Source: Candidatus Eiseniibacteriota bacterium (GTDB taxonomy: Bacteria > Eisenbacteria > RBG-16-71-46 > CAIMUX01 > VGJL01). Taken from it: DNA of 64,000 bases. Position 1 is the first letter of the stretch, and each line of letters starts with the position of its first letter. Position numbers and translations under genes: made by a program. This document shows, in pieces, positions 33,771 through 44,411 of this stretch. The notes below the pieces were generated by a model. The model saw only the letters and a program-made list of their open reading frames with translations, was not told the origin of the DNA and did no database searches. The stretch lies in contig JBHGAY010000001.1 in assembly GCA_041946735.1 (NCBI GenBank), forward strand, positions 160,001-224,000, in the 5' to 3' direction.

Positions 33771-34820
33771 ATGGCGGAGCGGATGCGGGCGGTGGTCAAG
33801 ACCCAGGCGCGGCCTGGCGCCGAGCTCCTGCAGGTGCCGATCCCCCGGATTCAGCCCGACGAGGTGCTGGTCCGGGTGAAGGCGACCACGATCTGCGGGA
33901 CCGATGTTCACATCTACCAGTGGAACGAGTGGGCGCAGGGACGAATCAAGAACCTGCCGCAGACGCTCGGGCACGAGCTGGCCGGAGAGGTGGTCGAGGT
34001 CGGCTCCACCGTGACGACGGTCAAGCCGGGGGATTTCGTCTCGTGCGAGACGCACATCCCGTGCCTCCACTGCGTGCAATGCCTGACCGGCCAGATGCAC
34101 ATCTGCGCGAACCTGAAGATCCTCGGCGTCGACCGCGACGGCTGCTTCGCTGAGTACGTCGCCGTACCGTCGATCGTCTGTTGGAAGAACGACCCGGCGA
34201 TTCCGCCGGAGATCGCCGCCGCTCAGGAGCCGCTCGGCAACGCGGTCTACGCGACGCTCGTCGAGCCGGTCACCTCCCGGTCGGTCTTGATCTTCGGCGA
34301 CGGCCCGACCGGCCTCTTCGCGGCGGGGGTCGCGCGCGCGAGCGGAGCGTCGATCGTCTTCCTCGTGGGAGTGAACGACGCCCGGCTCGAGATCGCGCGC
34401 AAGATGGGAGCCGACGTGGTCCTCGACGCGAGGAAGGACGACGTGCGGAGCGTCGTGCTCGATCGCACGCATGGCGTGGGGGCGGACGTCGTCCTCGACA
34501 TGGTCGGCCTGCAGTCGGTCCTCGACCAGGGGCTCGAGCTGGTGCGCCGGGGCGGACGCTTCTCCGCGTTCGGCCTTCCCGACGGCCGCCTTTCGATCGA
34601 TATGAACAATGGGGTGATCTTCAAGGGGCTCCGGCTCTATGGGATCAACGGCCGGCTGATGTTCGAGACGTGGCTGCAGGTTTCGCAGCTTCTCCGTTCC
34701 GGAAGACTGGACATTCGGCCGGTGATCACGCACAAGCTCCCGCTCGAGGAGTTCGCGCGCGGCTTCGATCTGCTGCACGAGGTGCCGATCAGCACGGGGA
34801 AGGTGGTGCTCATCCCTTAG
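33771..34820 (+). CDS. tdh: L-threonine 3-dehydrogenase (Zn-dependent MDR)
   Basis: ICGTDVHIYQWNEWAQ, LGHE, ETHIPCLHCVQC...HIC, EPLGNAV, GINGRLMFETW. Confidence 0.9.
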   Translation: MAERMRAVVKTQARPGAELLQVPIPRIQPDEVLVRVKATTICGTDVHIYQWNEWAQGRIKNLPQTLGHELAGEVVEVGSTVTTVKPGDFVSCETHIPCLHCVQCLTGQMHICANLKILGVDRDGCFAEYVAVPSIVCWKNDPAIPPEIAAAQEPLGNAVYATLVEPVTSRSVLIFGDGPTGLFAAGVARASGASIVFLVGVNDARLEIARKMGADVVLDARKDDVRSVVLDRTHGVGADVVLDMVGLQSVLDQGLELVRRGGRFSAFGLPDGRLSIDMNNGVIFKGLRLYGINGRLMFETWLQVSQLLRSGRLDIRPVITHKLPLEEFARGFDLLHEVPISTGKVVLIP

Positions 34821-35047
34821 GCGCGCCGGTAGCGGGCCGGCAGTAGGCCGGCGGCGCGCCGTCTCTGCCGTCCCAACTCGACAATCCGCTTGACGAAGCG
34901 CCCCTCAGAGATGACTCTGGGGGGCGTCCTTCTGACGTCGTCCCCGCAGAGCCCGCCAGGTTTGCGGATCGTCGGAGTCGCGTCGGCGAGGAATTCGAAA
35001 CGTTCCGGTGGTCTCACCTGGTCGCAGGCTCTAGGAGTGCACTCTCG

Positions 35048-35335
35048 ATGGGACGGAACCTCTACGTGGGCAATCTTGCCTACAGCGTCACGGAAGACGA
35101 ACTTCGCAACCTCTTCGAGCAGATCGGCGCCGTCGAAACGGTCAACATCATCACGGATCGTGAAACGGGCCGTCCCCGTGGGTTCGGTTTCGTGAAAATG
35201 ACGACCGACGAGGATGCGCAGAAGGCGGTGGAACAGCTCAATGGCCGCCCCTTCCTGGATCGCGCTCTCGTCGTCAACGAGGCCCGCCCGAAGGGGGATG
35301 GCGGAGGCGGCGGAGCAGGCTACCGCCGCTACTGA
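35048..35335 (+). CDS. RRM (RNP-1) RNA-binding protein with Gly-rich tail
   Basis: RNP2 LYVGNL, RNP1 RGFGFVKM, VVNEARP, GGGGG tail; RBS AGGAG. Confidence 0.95.
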   Translation: MGRNLYVGNLAYSVTEDELRNLFEQIGAVETVNIITDRETGRPRGFGFVKMTTDEDAQKAVEQLNGRPFLDRALVVNEARPKGDGGGGGAGYRRY

Positions 35336-35425
35336 TTCTTCCCTCCGCGGCTCTCTGAGGTAGGCGCCTCACAGGGCTGGATCGATCCGTCGTTCCGGCC
35401 CTCCGGAACACCCTGTCTTCGCGCG

Positions 35426-35551
35426 CTACTTCCAGACCAGGGAGACGACGTAGATCAGGATCGTCGGGATCCCGACGATCAAGATGAGGTCGAGAACCAC
35501 CCGCTTCGTCGACCGATGGTGTTTTTCGTGACTCGGGCTCTGCGAAGCCAT
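35426..35551 (-). CDS. Small single-pass membrane protein (41 aa)
   Basis: MASQSPSHEKHHRSTKRVVLDLILIVGIPTILIYVVSLVWK; strong RBS AAGGAGGAAGG; basic N-terminus plus TM helix. Confidence 0.6.
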   Translation of the reverse strand: MASQSPSHEKHHRSTKRVVLDLILIVGIPTILIYVVSLVWK

Positions 35552-35625
35552 TCGAAACCTTCCTCCTTCTTCCCGCCCCTCGCGCGGCGGCAAACGACGT
35601 CGCCGATCGTACCCGGATCTCGCAA

Positions 35626-36912
35626 CTAACGGAAGAGCAACCGCAGCCTCCCCCAATCGACCGTCGCCACCGCCGTCGGCTCCTCGCACCCCGCGTCCAG
35701 CGCGCCGATCCGGCCGCAGCCGGCCGGCCCGTGGCCCGGGAGCAAGGGGGAATCGGAGCTCGGGGCATAGTCGCCGGCGCCCGGATCGCAGAACCGGGGA
35801 TCCGCCACGAGAACCCTGTCGCCCGTGAAACAGGAAGGATCGACCGCCTCGGCTGGCCAGAGCACGGCGCAGTCGAGATACGCCGGCGGCACGCCGGCGC
35901 AGGAGAAGACCTCGCCTCCGCCGGCAGCCTGCACCACCGTGGCCGTCATTTGAAGCGCCGCGCCGTCCTCGAGCGAGATCGCCGGTGATTCCCCCGGGTC
36001 CGCCCGGTTGCCCGCGATCGTCGCGCCATCGACCCGCAAGGAGACGCCGGTGGCGAAGATCGCCCCACCTCTTTCCGCGAAGTTGTCGACGAGCCGGGAG
36101 CCTTCCACGCGGCAGACCGTCTCGCCCGGCAGCGTCAGGTGGATCGCTCCTCCGTCGACGGCGCTGTTGCCAGCCACGACGCAATCGAGGAGCCGGGGAC
36201 CAGAGCGGAAGCCGGCGAACCCGCCTCCCGTCACCGACGCGTTGTCGACGATCTCGCAATCCTCGAACGTCGACCCGACATCGATCAGAAGGCTCACCCC
36301 GCCACCGTTTCCGGCCGCGTTTCCCGCGATCCTGCATCTCCGGAGCGTCGGCCAACCGCCGATGATCGCGACTCCCCCGCCGTCCGTGCCGCCGTTGCCG
36401 GAGACGACGCAGTCCTCGATCCGCGGGTGGGCGCTGTCGATCAGGATCCCGCCGCCGTAGCGGCCGTCCCGCGGGAGCGGAACGTGTAAGGGGGCCTGGA
36501 GCGGCGTGCCGATCCCGTTCTGGAAGGTCAGCCCTCGGACGACCGGTTGCCCGTTCGGCGTGAACGGGATCCGGAGACCAGAGCCGAGCCCGGTGGCATC
36601 GACGATCGTCGCCGCGGCGCCGGCGACACCGGTGAGCGTGATGACCTTCGACTGGAGGAACAAAGACTCGAAGTAGGTGCCGGGGAAGATGCGGATCTCG
36701 TCGCCGTCGTGCGCCGCATCGATCGCCTGCTGGATCGTCGGGAAGTCGGCCGGCCCTTCCTGTGCGACCGTCCAGACGCGGGCCAGGCTCGAGCCGGGAT
36801 CGAGAGCGAGCAGCAGCGCCGGCGCCCCGAGCAGGATCGTGAGCGCGAGGAACACGGCGGCGGGGGCGGCGGCCCGGATGGGCATCGATTCGGCGTGAGG
36901 CAGGGAGCGCAT
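35626..36912 (-). CDS. Secreted right-handed parallel beta-helix repeat protein with C-terminal WG..R..FR tail
   Basis: Signal-like N-terminus; [17 protein letters not shown]; repeated GN.A..GG[GA]I units; DPRFCD...SPLL; ends [24 protein letters not shown]. Confidence 0.82.
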   Translation of the reverse strand: MRSLPHAESMPIRAAAPAAVFLALTILLGAPALLLALDPGSSLARVWTVAQEGPADFPTIQQAIDAAHDGDEIRIFPGTYFESLFLQSKVITLTGVAGAAATIVDATGLGSGLRIPFTPNGQPVVRGLTFQNGIGTPLQAPLHVPLPRDGRYGGGILIDSAHPRIEDCVVSGNGGTDGGGVAIIGGWPTLRRCRIAGNAAGNGGGVSLLIDVGSTFEDCEIVDNASVTGGGFAGFRSGPRLLDCVVAGNSAVDGGAIHLTLPGETVCRVEGSRLVDNFAERGGAIFATGVSLRVDGATIAGNRADPGESPAISLEDGAALQMTATVVQAAGGGEVFSCAGVPPAYLDCAVLWPAEAVDPSCFTGDRVLVADPRFCDPGAGDYAPSSDSPLLPGHGPAGCGRIGALDAGCEEPTAVATVDWGRLRLLFR

Positions 36913-37018
36913 CGTCACCTCCCGATCTTCCCCGGCGGGCCGGAGGGAAGACTCGTGCGAAGAATGGTAGCCCGGCCGGGTCCGATCCCGCCACGGTGGC
37001 CCACCTCTCCGGCCGAGC

Positions 37019-37078
37019 GGGCGAGGAGACGCCGCGGCCCGGGCGAGGAGACGCCGCGGCCCGGGCGAGGAGACGCCG
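37019..37078. repeat. 22-bp tandem repeat x2.7, intergenic
   Basis: gggcgaggagacgccgcggccc at 37019 and 37041, partial copy at 37063. Confidence 0.85.
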
Positions 37079-37140
37079 GCGGGCGGGGAGCGGAAGCGCC
37101 GGGGGCGGCGAAGGCGGCGAACCGGGCGAGGGCGCGGTCG

Positions 37141-37170
37141 TTGTCCGTCCGGAAGGGCATCTGTTAGGCT
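37141..37170 (+). promoter_or_regulatory. Putative promoter of hppD-hmgA
   Basis: TTGTCC-N18-TAGGCT with a TG extended -10. Confidence 0.45.
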
Positions 37171-37277
37171 CGGCGGTCCCACAGGAGAGAGAAGCTCGCG
37201 AAAGAGGCGCCGCCGCGACGGCTCCGATTCGACCGCGGCAGCAGCCGCAGCGGCACCCATGGAGGAGGAGCGATCGC

Positions 37278-38369
37278 ATGAGCGAGACGGCCCCGCTGGG
37301 CGTACGCGGAATCGATCACGTCGAGATCTGGGTCGGCAACGCCGCGCAGGCGGCCTACTTCTACCGCACGGCGTTCGGCTTCGACGTCGCCGCCTACTCC
37401 GGGCCGGAGACGGGCGTCCGCGACCGGGCCAGCTACGCTCTCGAGCGCGGCAAGATCCGGCTCGCCGTCACGGCGCCGATCCTGCCCGAGGGCGCGATCG
37501 CCGCGTTCGTGCACAAGCATGGCGACGCGGTACGCGACATCGTCTTCGAAACGGACGACGCGGAGGGAGCGTACCAGGAGGCGATCCGCCGCGGAGCGCT
37601 GGGGATCGAGACGCCGCGCCTGATGAAGGACGAGGCGGGAAGCGTGGTCCGCGCTTCGATCCGCGCCTACGGGGACGTGGTCCACACCTTCCTCCAGCGC
37701 AGCGACTACGTCGGCCCCTTCCTTCCCGGTTACGCGGAGCGGCGGGCCCCGGGTGGCGACACGGGGCTGTTGCGCGTCGACCATGTCGTGGCGAACGTCG
37801 AGGATCAGAAGATGGACGCCTGGGTCGGGTACTACAGCTCGATCTTCGGCTTCCGCCACTTCCTCACGTTCGACGACAAGGACATCTCGACCGAGTATTC
37901 CGCTCTGCGCTCGAAGGTGATGGCGAGCGAGAGCGGCGCCGTGAAGCTTCCGATCAACGAGCCGGCGCCCGGCATGCGGCGCTCGCAGATCCAGGAGTAC
38001 ATCGACTTCAACCTCGGACCCGGCGTGCAGCACATCGCGCTCCTGACCGGCGACATTCTCGAGACGATCGGGGATCTGCGCGAACGCGGCGTCTCCTTCC
38101 TCGAGGTTCCGGACGCCTACTACGACCAGCTTCCCGAACGCGTGGGCGAGATCGAGGAGGATCTCGATGCGCTGCGCCGCCACAAGATCCTGGTCGACCG
38201 GGATCAGGACGGCTACCTCCTCCAGCTCTTCACGCGACCGGTCGAGGACCGTCCCACCCTCTTCTACGAGGTGATCCAGCGGAAGGGCTCGCAGGGATTC
38301 GGCAAGGGGAACTTCAAGGCCCTCTTCGAAGCGATCGAGCGCGAGCAGGCGCTCCGCGGGAACCTCTGA
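37278..38369 (+). CDS. hppD: 4-hydroxyphenylpyruvate dioxygenase
   Basis: [50 protein letters not shown]. Confidence 0.96.
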   Translation: MSETAPLGVRGIDHVEIWVGNAAQAAYFYRTAFGFDVAAYSGPETGVRDRASYALERGKIRLAVTAPILPEGAIAAFVHKHGDAVRDIVFETDDAEGAYQEAIRRGALGIETPRLMKDEAGSVVRASIRAYGDVVHTFLQRSDYVGPFLPGYAERRAPGGDTGLLRVDHVVANVEDQKMDAWVGYYSSIFGFRHFLTFDDKDISTEYSALRSKVMASESGAVKLPINEPAPGMRRSQIQEYIDFNLGPGVQHIALLTGDILETIGDLRERGVSFLEVPDAYYDQLPERVGEIEEDLDALRRHKILVDRDQDGYLLQLFTRPVEDRPTLFYEVIQRKGSQGFGKGNFKALFEAIEREQALRGNL

Positions 38370-39547
38370 TGCCGATCTATCGCCGCGAAGGGGAGATCCC
38401 GCCGAAGAGGCACACGCAGTTCCGGCGTCCCGACGGAGGCCTCTACTACGAGGAGCTGATCGGGACCGAAGGGTTCTCGGGGATCTCCTCGCTCGTGTAT
38501 CACCTGCGCCGCCCGACGCAGGTGCGATCGGCCCGGCGCCTCGGACCGGTCGTCTACGAGGCGAGCGAGCCGGGGCCGCTCCGGCACCGGCACGTGCGGA
38601 CGCGAAGGATCCCCGAGGGAGGGGACCCCTGGACGGCCCGCCGCCCGCTGTTCTGGAACGCGGACGTCGTGATCTCCGTCGCGCGCCCCACCCAGAGCTC
38701 GGAGACGTTCTTCCGCGACAGCCAGGGCGAAGAGCTGATCTACGTCAGCGAGGGGAGCGGCGCTCTCGAATCGATCTTCGGCGACCTGCCCTACGGCAAG
38801 GGGGACTACCTCGTCATCCCGCGGGGCACGATCCATCGCTTCCGCTGCGATCCCGTCCCCCATCATCTGCTCGTCGTCGAGTCGCGCGGGCACGTGCGCA
38901 CGCCGAAGCGCTACCGCAACTCCTTCGGGCAGCTCCTCGAGCATTCCCCGTTCTGCGAGCGGGACATTCGCACTCCCCGCTTCCGCGAGCCGCGCGACGA
39001 GACCGGGGAGTTCGAGATCCGGGTCAAGCAGGGAGACGCGATCCACGCCTACCTCTACGCGGCGCATCCGTTCGACGCGATCGGCTGGGACGGCTACTAC
39101 TATCCGTGGGCGATGCAGATATCCGACTTCGAGCCGATCACCGGGCGGATCCATCAGCCTCCCCCGGTGCACCAGACCTTCGAGGGGGACGGCTTCGTCG
39201 TCTGCTCGTTCGTCCCGCGGCTCTACGACTACCATCCCGACTCGATTCCCACCCCCTACCATCATGCGAATGTGGGGAGCGATGAGATCCTCTACTACGC
39301 CTCGGATCGTTTCATGAGCCGCAAGGGGATCGAGCACGGCTCGATCACGCTCCACCCCGACGGCCTGCCGCACGGTCCCCATCCCGGGACGATCGAAGCC
39401 TCGCTCGGCGCCCGCGAGACCGACGAGCTGGCGGTGATGATCGACACCTTCCGCCCGCTCACGGTCGGCCGCGAGGCCGAAGCGATCGAGGACGAGAGCT
39501 ATCTCACGAGCTGGCTCGAGCCGGGAGATCGTCCTTCGGGCGGGTGA
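38369..39547 (+). CDS. hmgA: Homogentisate 1,2-dioxygenase
   Basis: IPPKRHTQFR, ITGRIHQPPPVHQTF, PYHHANVGSDE, HGPHPG, ELAVMIDTFRPL; TGATG coupling to hppD. Confidence 0.93.
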   Translation: MPIYRREGEIPPKRHTQFRRPDGGLYYEELIGTEGFSGISSLVYHLRRPTQVRSARRLGPVVYEASEPGPLRHRHVRTRRIPEGGDPWTARRPLFWNADVVISVARPTQSSETFFRDSQGEELIYVSEGSGALESIFGDLPYGKGDYLVIPRGTIHRFRCDPVPHHLLVVESRGHVRTPKRYRNSFGQLLEHSPFCERDIRTPRFREPRDETGEFEIRVKQGDAIHAYLYAAHPFDAIGWDGYYYPWAMQISDFEPITGRIHQPPPVHQTFEGDGFVVCSFVPRLYDYHPDSIPTPYHHANVGSDEILYYASDRFMSRKGIEHGSITLHPDGLPHGPHPGTIEASLGARETDELAVMIDTFRPLTVGREAEAIEDESYLTSWLEPGDRPSGG

Positions 39548-40685
39548 CGCCGACGCCGCGCAGGAGGGCGAGCGAGAGGATCGCGACGCCCGCGAGAGCC
39601 GCGGCGGCCAGGAGCAGAGGGGCGGCGTCCCCGAGCGAGGGAACGAGCAGCCCGCCGGCGAGGGGCAGCAGGAACGTGCCGGCGCCGAGGAGCGCTTCGT
39701 GCACGCCTGTGTTCCGTCCCCTTCCCCGCTCCCTATGGATGCTGTGGAAGAAGCTCTCGGTGAACGCGACGCCGAGCGCGTAGCCGATGGCCGGAGCGCA
39801 GAGAAGGATCCAGAGATCGCGGCCGACGCCGGCGAGGACCGCGGTGGCCGCCGCTCCGGCGACGAGCGGCAGGACGAAGAGGCCCCTGCGGTACTCCCAG
39901 CCGTGGCGCAGGCCGAGCCAGGCGAAGGTCGCCGTCTGCGCGAGGCCCAGGAGCCCGAGGAAGTTGCCGAGGTCGGCGGCGTCGTGGCCGAGCGCGAAGA
40001 GCCTCCGCGGATACTGGTATCCCAGCGTGGAGCCGACGCCGAAAGCGATGCCGTTGGCGATCCAGGCGGCGATGCGGAAGCGGCGGCGGACGGCGGCGGG
40101 GGCGCCGCTCGCCTCTTCCGGCGCGGCCCCGGCCTCGCGCGGCGCGATGTCCGGCGGCGCGAAGAGCAGAAGCAGCCCCTCGAGCAGCACGGCGAGCGCG
40201 AGCGGCGTATCGACGCCGAAGGCGTGCGTCAGGTGCCCCGCGACCCAGAAGCCGCTCATCTTCCCCGCGGACCAGCAGACGTTGTACCAGCCGAGACGCC
40301 GGAGCATGCCGGGCCCTTCGATCCTCTCGCCGAACTCGGCATGGATCGCCGGCCAGAACAGCCCGCCGCCGAGCGAAACGAGCGGCAGGAAGACGAAGAG
40401 CCAGGGGAGGCCGGGAGAGAGGCGAAGCAGCAGCGCTCCGGCGGTGACGAGCAGGCAGCCGAAGCGGGCCATTCGCATCCGGTGGCCTCTATCGGAGAGG
40501 CGGCCGAACGCGAGGGCGGAGATCACGTAGACGGTCGAGGAGACGGCGGGAAGCAATCCGAGGGCGAGCGGACCGGCTCCGAACTCGATCGCCTTGAGGG
40601 GAACCGCCGTGAAGACGAGATAGAGGACGAGATCGGCCGTGAAAACCGCGGCCCCGAACCGGCCCGGACTCGCCCCTCCTCTCAC
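39504..40685 (-). CDS. MFS transporter
   Basis: MFS motif A-like FGRLSDRGHR; about 12 TM segments. GTG start overlaps the cpoB stop; the 3' end overlaps hmgA by 44 nt. Confidence 0.82.
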   Translation of the reverse strand: MRGGASPGRFGAAVFTADLVLYLVFTAVPLKAIEFGAGPLALGLLPAVSSTVYVISALAFGRLSDRGHRMRMARFGCLLVTAGALLLRLSPGLPWLFVFLPLVSLGGGLFWPAIHAEFGERIEGPGMLRRLGWYNVCWSAGKMSGFWVAGHLTHAFGVDTPLALAVLLEGLLLLFAPPDIAPREAGAAPEEASGAPAAVRRRFRIAAWIANGIAFGVGSTLGYQYPRRLFALGHDAADLGNFLGLLGLAQTATFAWLGLRHGWEYRRGLFVLPLVAGAAATAVLAGVGRDLWILLCAPAIGYALGVAFTESFFHSIHRERGRGRNTGVHEALLGAGTFLLPLAGGLLVPSLGDAAPLLLAAAALAGVAILSLALLRGVGVTRPKDDLPARASS

Positions 40686-41443
40686 CCGATCGACGAAAGC
40701 TTTGCCTTGGCCTGGCGCGCTTCGTCCGACTTGGGATAGCGGCGAATCAGATCCTGAAGGACGTCACGCGCCGAGGAACGGTCCTCGAGCTGCAGGTGGC
40801 TGAAGGCGATCTTCAGAAGCGCCGCCGGGACTTTGTCCCCCTTCGGGTAGTCCTGCTCGACCTTGCGGAACTCCTCGATCGCGCGCCGGAAGTCCCGCTG
40901 CGCGTAGTACGACTCGCCGATCCAGTACTGCGCGTTGTCCGCCAGCTCCGACTGCGGGTCCTTGGCCAGGAAGTCCTGGAAGCCGAGCAGCGCGAGGGCG
41001 TAGTTGCCCCGCGTCATGTCCAGATAGGCGTTGTCGTAGATCATCTTCGCCTCGGCCGGATTGACCGCGCCCCGGGCGCTGTCTCCGCTCGCCCCGGCCG
41101 GCGACGGCGGCACCCAGCTCCGGACCGGGGGCGCGCTCGGGCGCGTGAGTGCATCGTCGAGACGGCTGCCGACCGTCTCCACCGACTGGGTGATCTCCGT
41201 GAGCGTCGTCTGCGTGTCGGCTCGCAGGGCGCGGACCATCTCCTCCTGCCGGGCGAGAGACTGTTCGAGCGCGGCCAGCCTCTGCTCGAGAAGCTCCTGC
41301 CGCTCCGACAGCGCCTTCACCGTCTCGTTCGTCTCGTCCACCGCGATCGGCTGCCGGAGGAGCTTCGCGCCGTAGCAGCCGCTCGAGGCGAGAACGGCCA
41401 ACGGCAGCAGCACCCGGATCCCACGGGACAGCAATCGTGACAT
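40682..41443 (-). CDS. cpoB: Tol-Pal system protein YbgF/CpoB (lipoprotein)
   Basis: Lipobox ASSGC, coiled coil, TPR region ADNAQYWIGESYY, YPKGDKVPAALLK. Confidence 0.92.
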   Translation of the reverse strand: MSRLLSRGIRVLLPLAVLASSGCYGAKLLRQPIAVDETNETVKALSERQELLEQRLAALEQSLARQEEMVRALRADTQTTLTEITQSVETVGSRLDDALTRPSAPPVRSWVPPSPAGASGDSARGAVNPAEAKMIYDNAYLDMTRGNYALALLGFQDFLAKDPQSELADNAQYWIGESYYAQRDFRRAIEEFRKVEQDYPKGDKVPAALLKIAFSHLQLEDRSSARDVLQDLIRRYPKSDEARQAKAKLSSIG

Positions 41444-41489
41444 CACCCATCCTCCCCCGTTGTGTTCCCAAGAGAAAAGGGAAAGGGAA

Positions 41490-41519
41490 CAACCCCGTCG
41501 CGCGATGGCGACGGGGCTG
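41490..41519 (-). terminator. Stem-loop after pal (partial terminator or mRNA stabiliser)
   Basis: Minus strand CAGCCCCGTCGC-loop-GCGACGGGGTTG followed by TTCCCTTTCCCTTTT. Confidence 0.55.
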
Positions 41520-41547
41520 CTCGACACGAACCCGAGGAACGATCCCA

Positions 41548-42069
41548 TCATTTCTGGATGACGAAGTGGGCCCGTCGATTCTGGGCCCATGCGGACTCGT
41601 CATGCCCCTGCGCGAACGGCCGCTCCTCCCCGTAGCTGACCGTGCTGATGCGGCCCGGATCGATCCCGTAATCGACGAGATACCCCTTGGCCGCCTGGGC
41701 GCGGCGCTCTCCGAGGGCGAGGTTGTACTCGACCGTCCCGCGCTCGTCGCAGTGCCCCTCGATCTGAACGCGCAAGTCCTTGTTGCTCGCCATCGTCTCC
41801 GCGTTGCCCTGCATCGTCTGCCTCGCGTCACTGGTGAGGTTCGACTTGTCGTAGTCGAAGAAGATGTCGTTCAACGTCGCCTCGCGTGGCGTCTCGACCG
41901 GTTGGGTCTCGGTCGGGGGCGGGGGCGGCGGCGTGGACGGTTGCGTTGGCGCCGACGTCGTCACATCGGTCGTCGGCTTCGGCTTCTTGGAACAGTCGAC
42001 GCTTCCGGCGATGACGAAGGCCAGCGCCAGCATCGGCAACAGGCGCAGCGAATGCGAAAGAAACTTCAT
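41548..42069 (-). CDS. pal: Peptidoglycan-associated lipoprotein
   Basis: [43 protein letters not shown]. Confidence 0.96.
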   Translation of the reverse strand: MKFLSHSLRLLPMLALAFVIAGSVDCSKKPKPTTDVTTSAPTQPSTPPPPPPTETQPVETPREATLNDIFFDYDKSNLTSDARQTMQGNAETMASNKDLRVQIEGHCDERGTVEYNLALGERRAQAAKGYLVDYGIDPGRISTVSYGEERPFAQGHDESAWAQNRRAHFVIQK

Positions 42070-42100
42070 CTTCGGCTCCTCTTGGAAGGCGTTGGCTGAC

Positions 42101-43510
42101 TCAATCCGATGGTCCGCGTGAAGATTCCAAGCTCAGTTGCGGTGACCATGCGGGATTGTATTGGCCACTTCTTCCGGAGGTCAAGGCGCGTTTCCCCGAG
42201 CCATCGGACGCCATGACGTAGAGAGACCGCCGGCCGCCTTGCAGCTTCGAATAGACGAGATGGCGGCCGTCGGGCGCCCAGCGCGGATTCTCGTGCGTTC
42301 CCTCGTCGCCCGTCAAACGGACCAGGTCGCTCCCATCGGGCCGGACGGTGCAGATGTCGAAGACGCCGTCGAGCATCGAAACGAAGGCGATCCGGTCTCC
42401 CTTCGGGGACCAGTCGGGACTGTCGTTCTGGCTGCCGTAGAACGTGATCCTGCGCGCGGAGGCGCCGTCCCGATCCATGACGTAGACCTCCGGATGTCCG
42501 CTTCGGTCGCTCGTGAAAGCGATCCGCCGGCCGTCCGGACTGAAGCTCGGCGACGTGTCGATCGAAGGGTTGTAGGTGAGGCGCGTCGGATCGCCTCCCT
42601 CGGCGTTCGCAACGAAGATCTCGAGATTCCCCGAGAGGCTGCGAGTGAAAGCGACCTGCTGCCCGTCGGGCGACCAGGCGGGCGAAGCGCTCATCGCGCC
42701 CGGCTGCGAGATGTTCCACGTCCTGCCGTCGCGGATGCGGTAGCCGGCGACGCCCGCCTGGCCTTGGGCGAAAGTCGTGAACGCGAGGCGGTCGCCGGTC
42801 GGAGAGAAGGCCGGGGAGAGGACGATCGTGCCGAAGCGGGTGAGCTGTTGCTGGTTCGCTCCATCGTAGTCGATCAGGTGGATCTCTCGGTTCTGTCCCG
42901 CTTCCTGGATGAAGGCGATGCGGGTCTCCGCGATTCCGCGCTCGCCCGTCATGTAGAGGACGATGTCGTCGGAGAAGGCGTGGATCGCCCAGCGGTCGGG
43001 GGGATCGCCCAACGGATAGTCTCGCGAGAAGATCTTGTTCTGCGTCTTCGCGTCTCGCAAGGTCCCGGAGAGGACGGGCCGGCCCCAGGAGCTGCCGATC
43101 GAGGCGGAGGCGATGGCGCGTGTCCCTTCGGGGATGATGTCCCCGCCCGGGCCGCTCGCGAAGGAGCCGAGGCTCACCGTGAAGAAGTCGGAATAGCGGA
43201 GATCCTGGCCGAGGATGATCTCCGCCCGGTCTCCTCCGGGGAACGACAGCACGACTCCGCCCTGGTAGACGAACTGCTCGATGTGGATCGGGATCTTGTA
43301 GAACGAGCCGGAGACGATGTCGGGAAGCCGCACTTCGTCCTCGCTGCGCGCGGGGCGCCCGAGGGCGAGGATCGAGGCTACGGCCAGGATCGGCAGGAGC
43401 AGCGCCGCCGGGCGGCGGACGCGCGGGCGCGGGCGCCAGCGCGGGCGGCGGCGCTGACGGCGGCGCGAGCGCGGCTGCTTCGGTGGCTTCTCGAACGGCG
43501 GCATCGTCAT
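42101..43510 (-). CDS. tolB: Tol-Pal beta-propeller protein TolB
   Basis: [27 protein letters not shown], six PD40 repeats (SPAWSPDG etc.). Confidence 0.92.
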   Translation of the reverse strand: MTMPPFEKPPKQPRSRRRQRRRPRWRPRPRVRRPAALLLPILAVASILALGRPARSEDEVRLPDIVSGSFYKIPIHIEQFVYQGGVVLSFPGGDRAEIILGQDLRYSDFFTVSLGSFASGPGGDIIPEGTRAIASASIGSSWGRPVLSGTLRDAKTQNKIFSRDYPLGDPPDRWAIHAFSDDIVLYMTGERGIAETRIAFIQEAGQNREIHLIDYDGANQQQLTRFGTIVLSPAFSPTGDRLAFTTFAQGQAGVAGYRIRDGRTWNISQPGAMSASPAWSPDGQQVAFTRSLSGNLEIFVANAEGGDPTRLTYNPSIDTSPSFSPDGRRIAFTSDRSGHPEVYVMDRDGASARRITFYGSQNDSPDWSPKGDRIAFVSMLDGVFDICTVRPDGSDLVRLTGDEGTHENPRWAPDGRHLVYSKLQGGRRSLYVMASDGSGKRALTSGRSGQYNPAWSPQLSLESSRGPSD

Positions 43511-43562
43511 CGGTGTCCGCTCCTCCTCCTCTTCAGCGCTTTCCCGCGCGCACCGGGCTTCC

Positions 43563-44387
43563 TCAGTCCTGATAGACGAACCGGAGATGGATGCCGAGCC
43601 ACTCCCCGTCGTACTCCTGAGGGAGCGGCGGGAGCGGAGCGGCCATCGTGACCGCCCGCAGCGCCGCCTGGTCGAACAGCGTCATACCCGATGGCTCCTC
43701 GACGTAGCTCGCTTCCACGTTCCCCGTCCGGTTGATCCGGAAGCTGATCATCGCGGAGAGCTGCGACACCGAGCCCGGCGGCGGCTCCCAATAGGACGCG
43801 ATCTTATCCCGGACGATGCTGAGGTAGTAGCTGTAGGCGGTGATCGGGCCCTCGACGCCGATCTCGAGCGCGCCCGATCCTCCGCCCGGCAGCGCCACCT
43901 CCGTCCGCAGCGCGCGAGCGTCGCCGCCCGCCGCCTCCGTTGCGCTCTGCCGTTGTCCCTCGGCAGCCTTCTGGCGCGTCGGCACCGGGGTTCCTTCCTT
44001 GCCCGGCTTCGCGGGCGTCGGCTTCTTCTCCCCCGCCTTCTTGGTGCTCGCCTCGATCGGCGGCGCCTTCGGCTTCGTTTCCGGCGCCTTCGTCTCGGGC
44101 TTCTTGGCCGCTGGCTTCGGCGGGGTGGGCTGCGGCGGGCGGGGCGTGCCGGCGCGCGTGCCGCCGCCTCCCGCCTTGCCCGGAAGTCCCACGAGATGCA
44201 CCGGGATGCCGACGAGGCGGACGGGCGGCTTCGGGCGGCTCGGAATGCCGATCGCGATGGTGAGGCAGATCAGGAGGTGGATGCCGAGAGAGACCCAGGC
44301 GGCGCGGCGGAGTCGCGAGGGATGAAGCTCCCGCTCCTGCTTCCACCTTCTTCCCCACCGCTCCCTCGGCTCCGTCCACCAGCTCAA
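43563..44387 (-). CDS. TonB/TolA family energy transducer
   Basis: N-terminal TM with S-x3-H (VSLGIH), Pro/Lys-rich linker, C-terminal YYLSIVRDKIASYW..SGMTLFDQAALRAV..PLPPLP; position upstream of tolB. Confidence 0.88.
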   Translation of the reverse strand: MSWWTEPRERWGRRWKQERELHPSRLRRAAWVSLGIHLLICLTIAIGIPSRPKPPVRLVGIPVHLVGLPGKAGGGGTRAGTPRPPQPTPPKPAAKKPETKAPETKPKAPPIEASTKKAGEKKPTPAKPGKEGTPVPTRQKAAEGQRQSATEAAGGDARALRTEVALPGGGSGALEIGVEGPITAYSYYLSIVRDKIASYWEPPPGSVSQLSAMISFRINRTGNVEASYVEEPSGMTLFDQAALRAVTMAAPLPPLPQEYDGEWLGIHLRFVYQD

Positions 44388-44411
44388 TGAAACTTCCCCC
44401 TCGCCCCGGCG

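Noticed and set aside
37180..37260. ACAGGAGAGAG...GCGCCG in the hppD leader, reminiscent of a glycine riboswitch 5' half
   Set aside because: It lacks the following GAAGG and the CTCTCAGG core elements.
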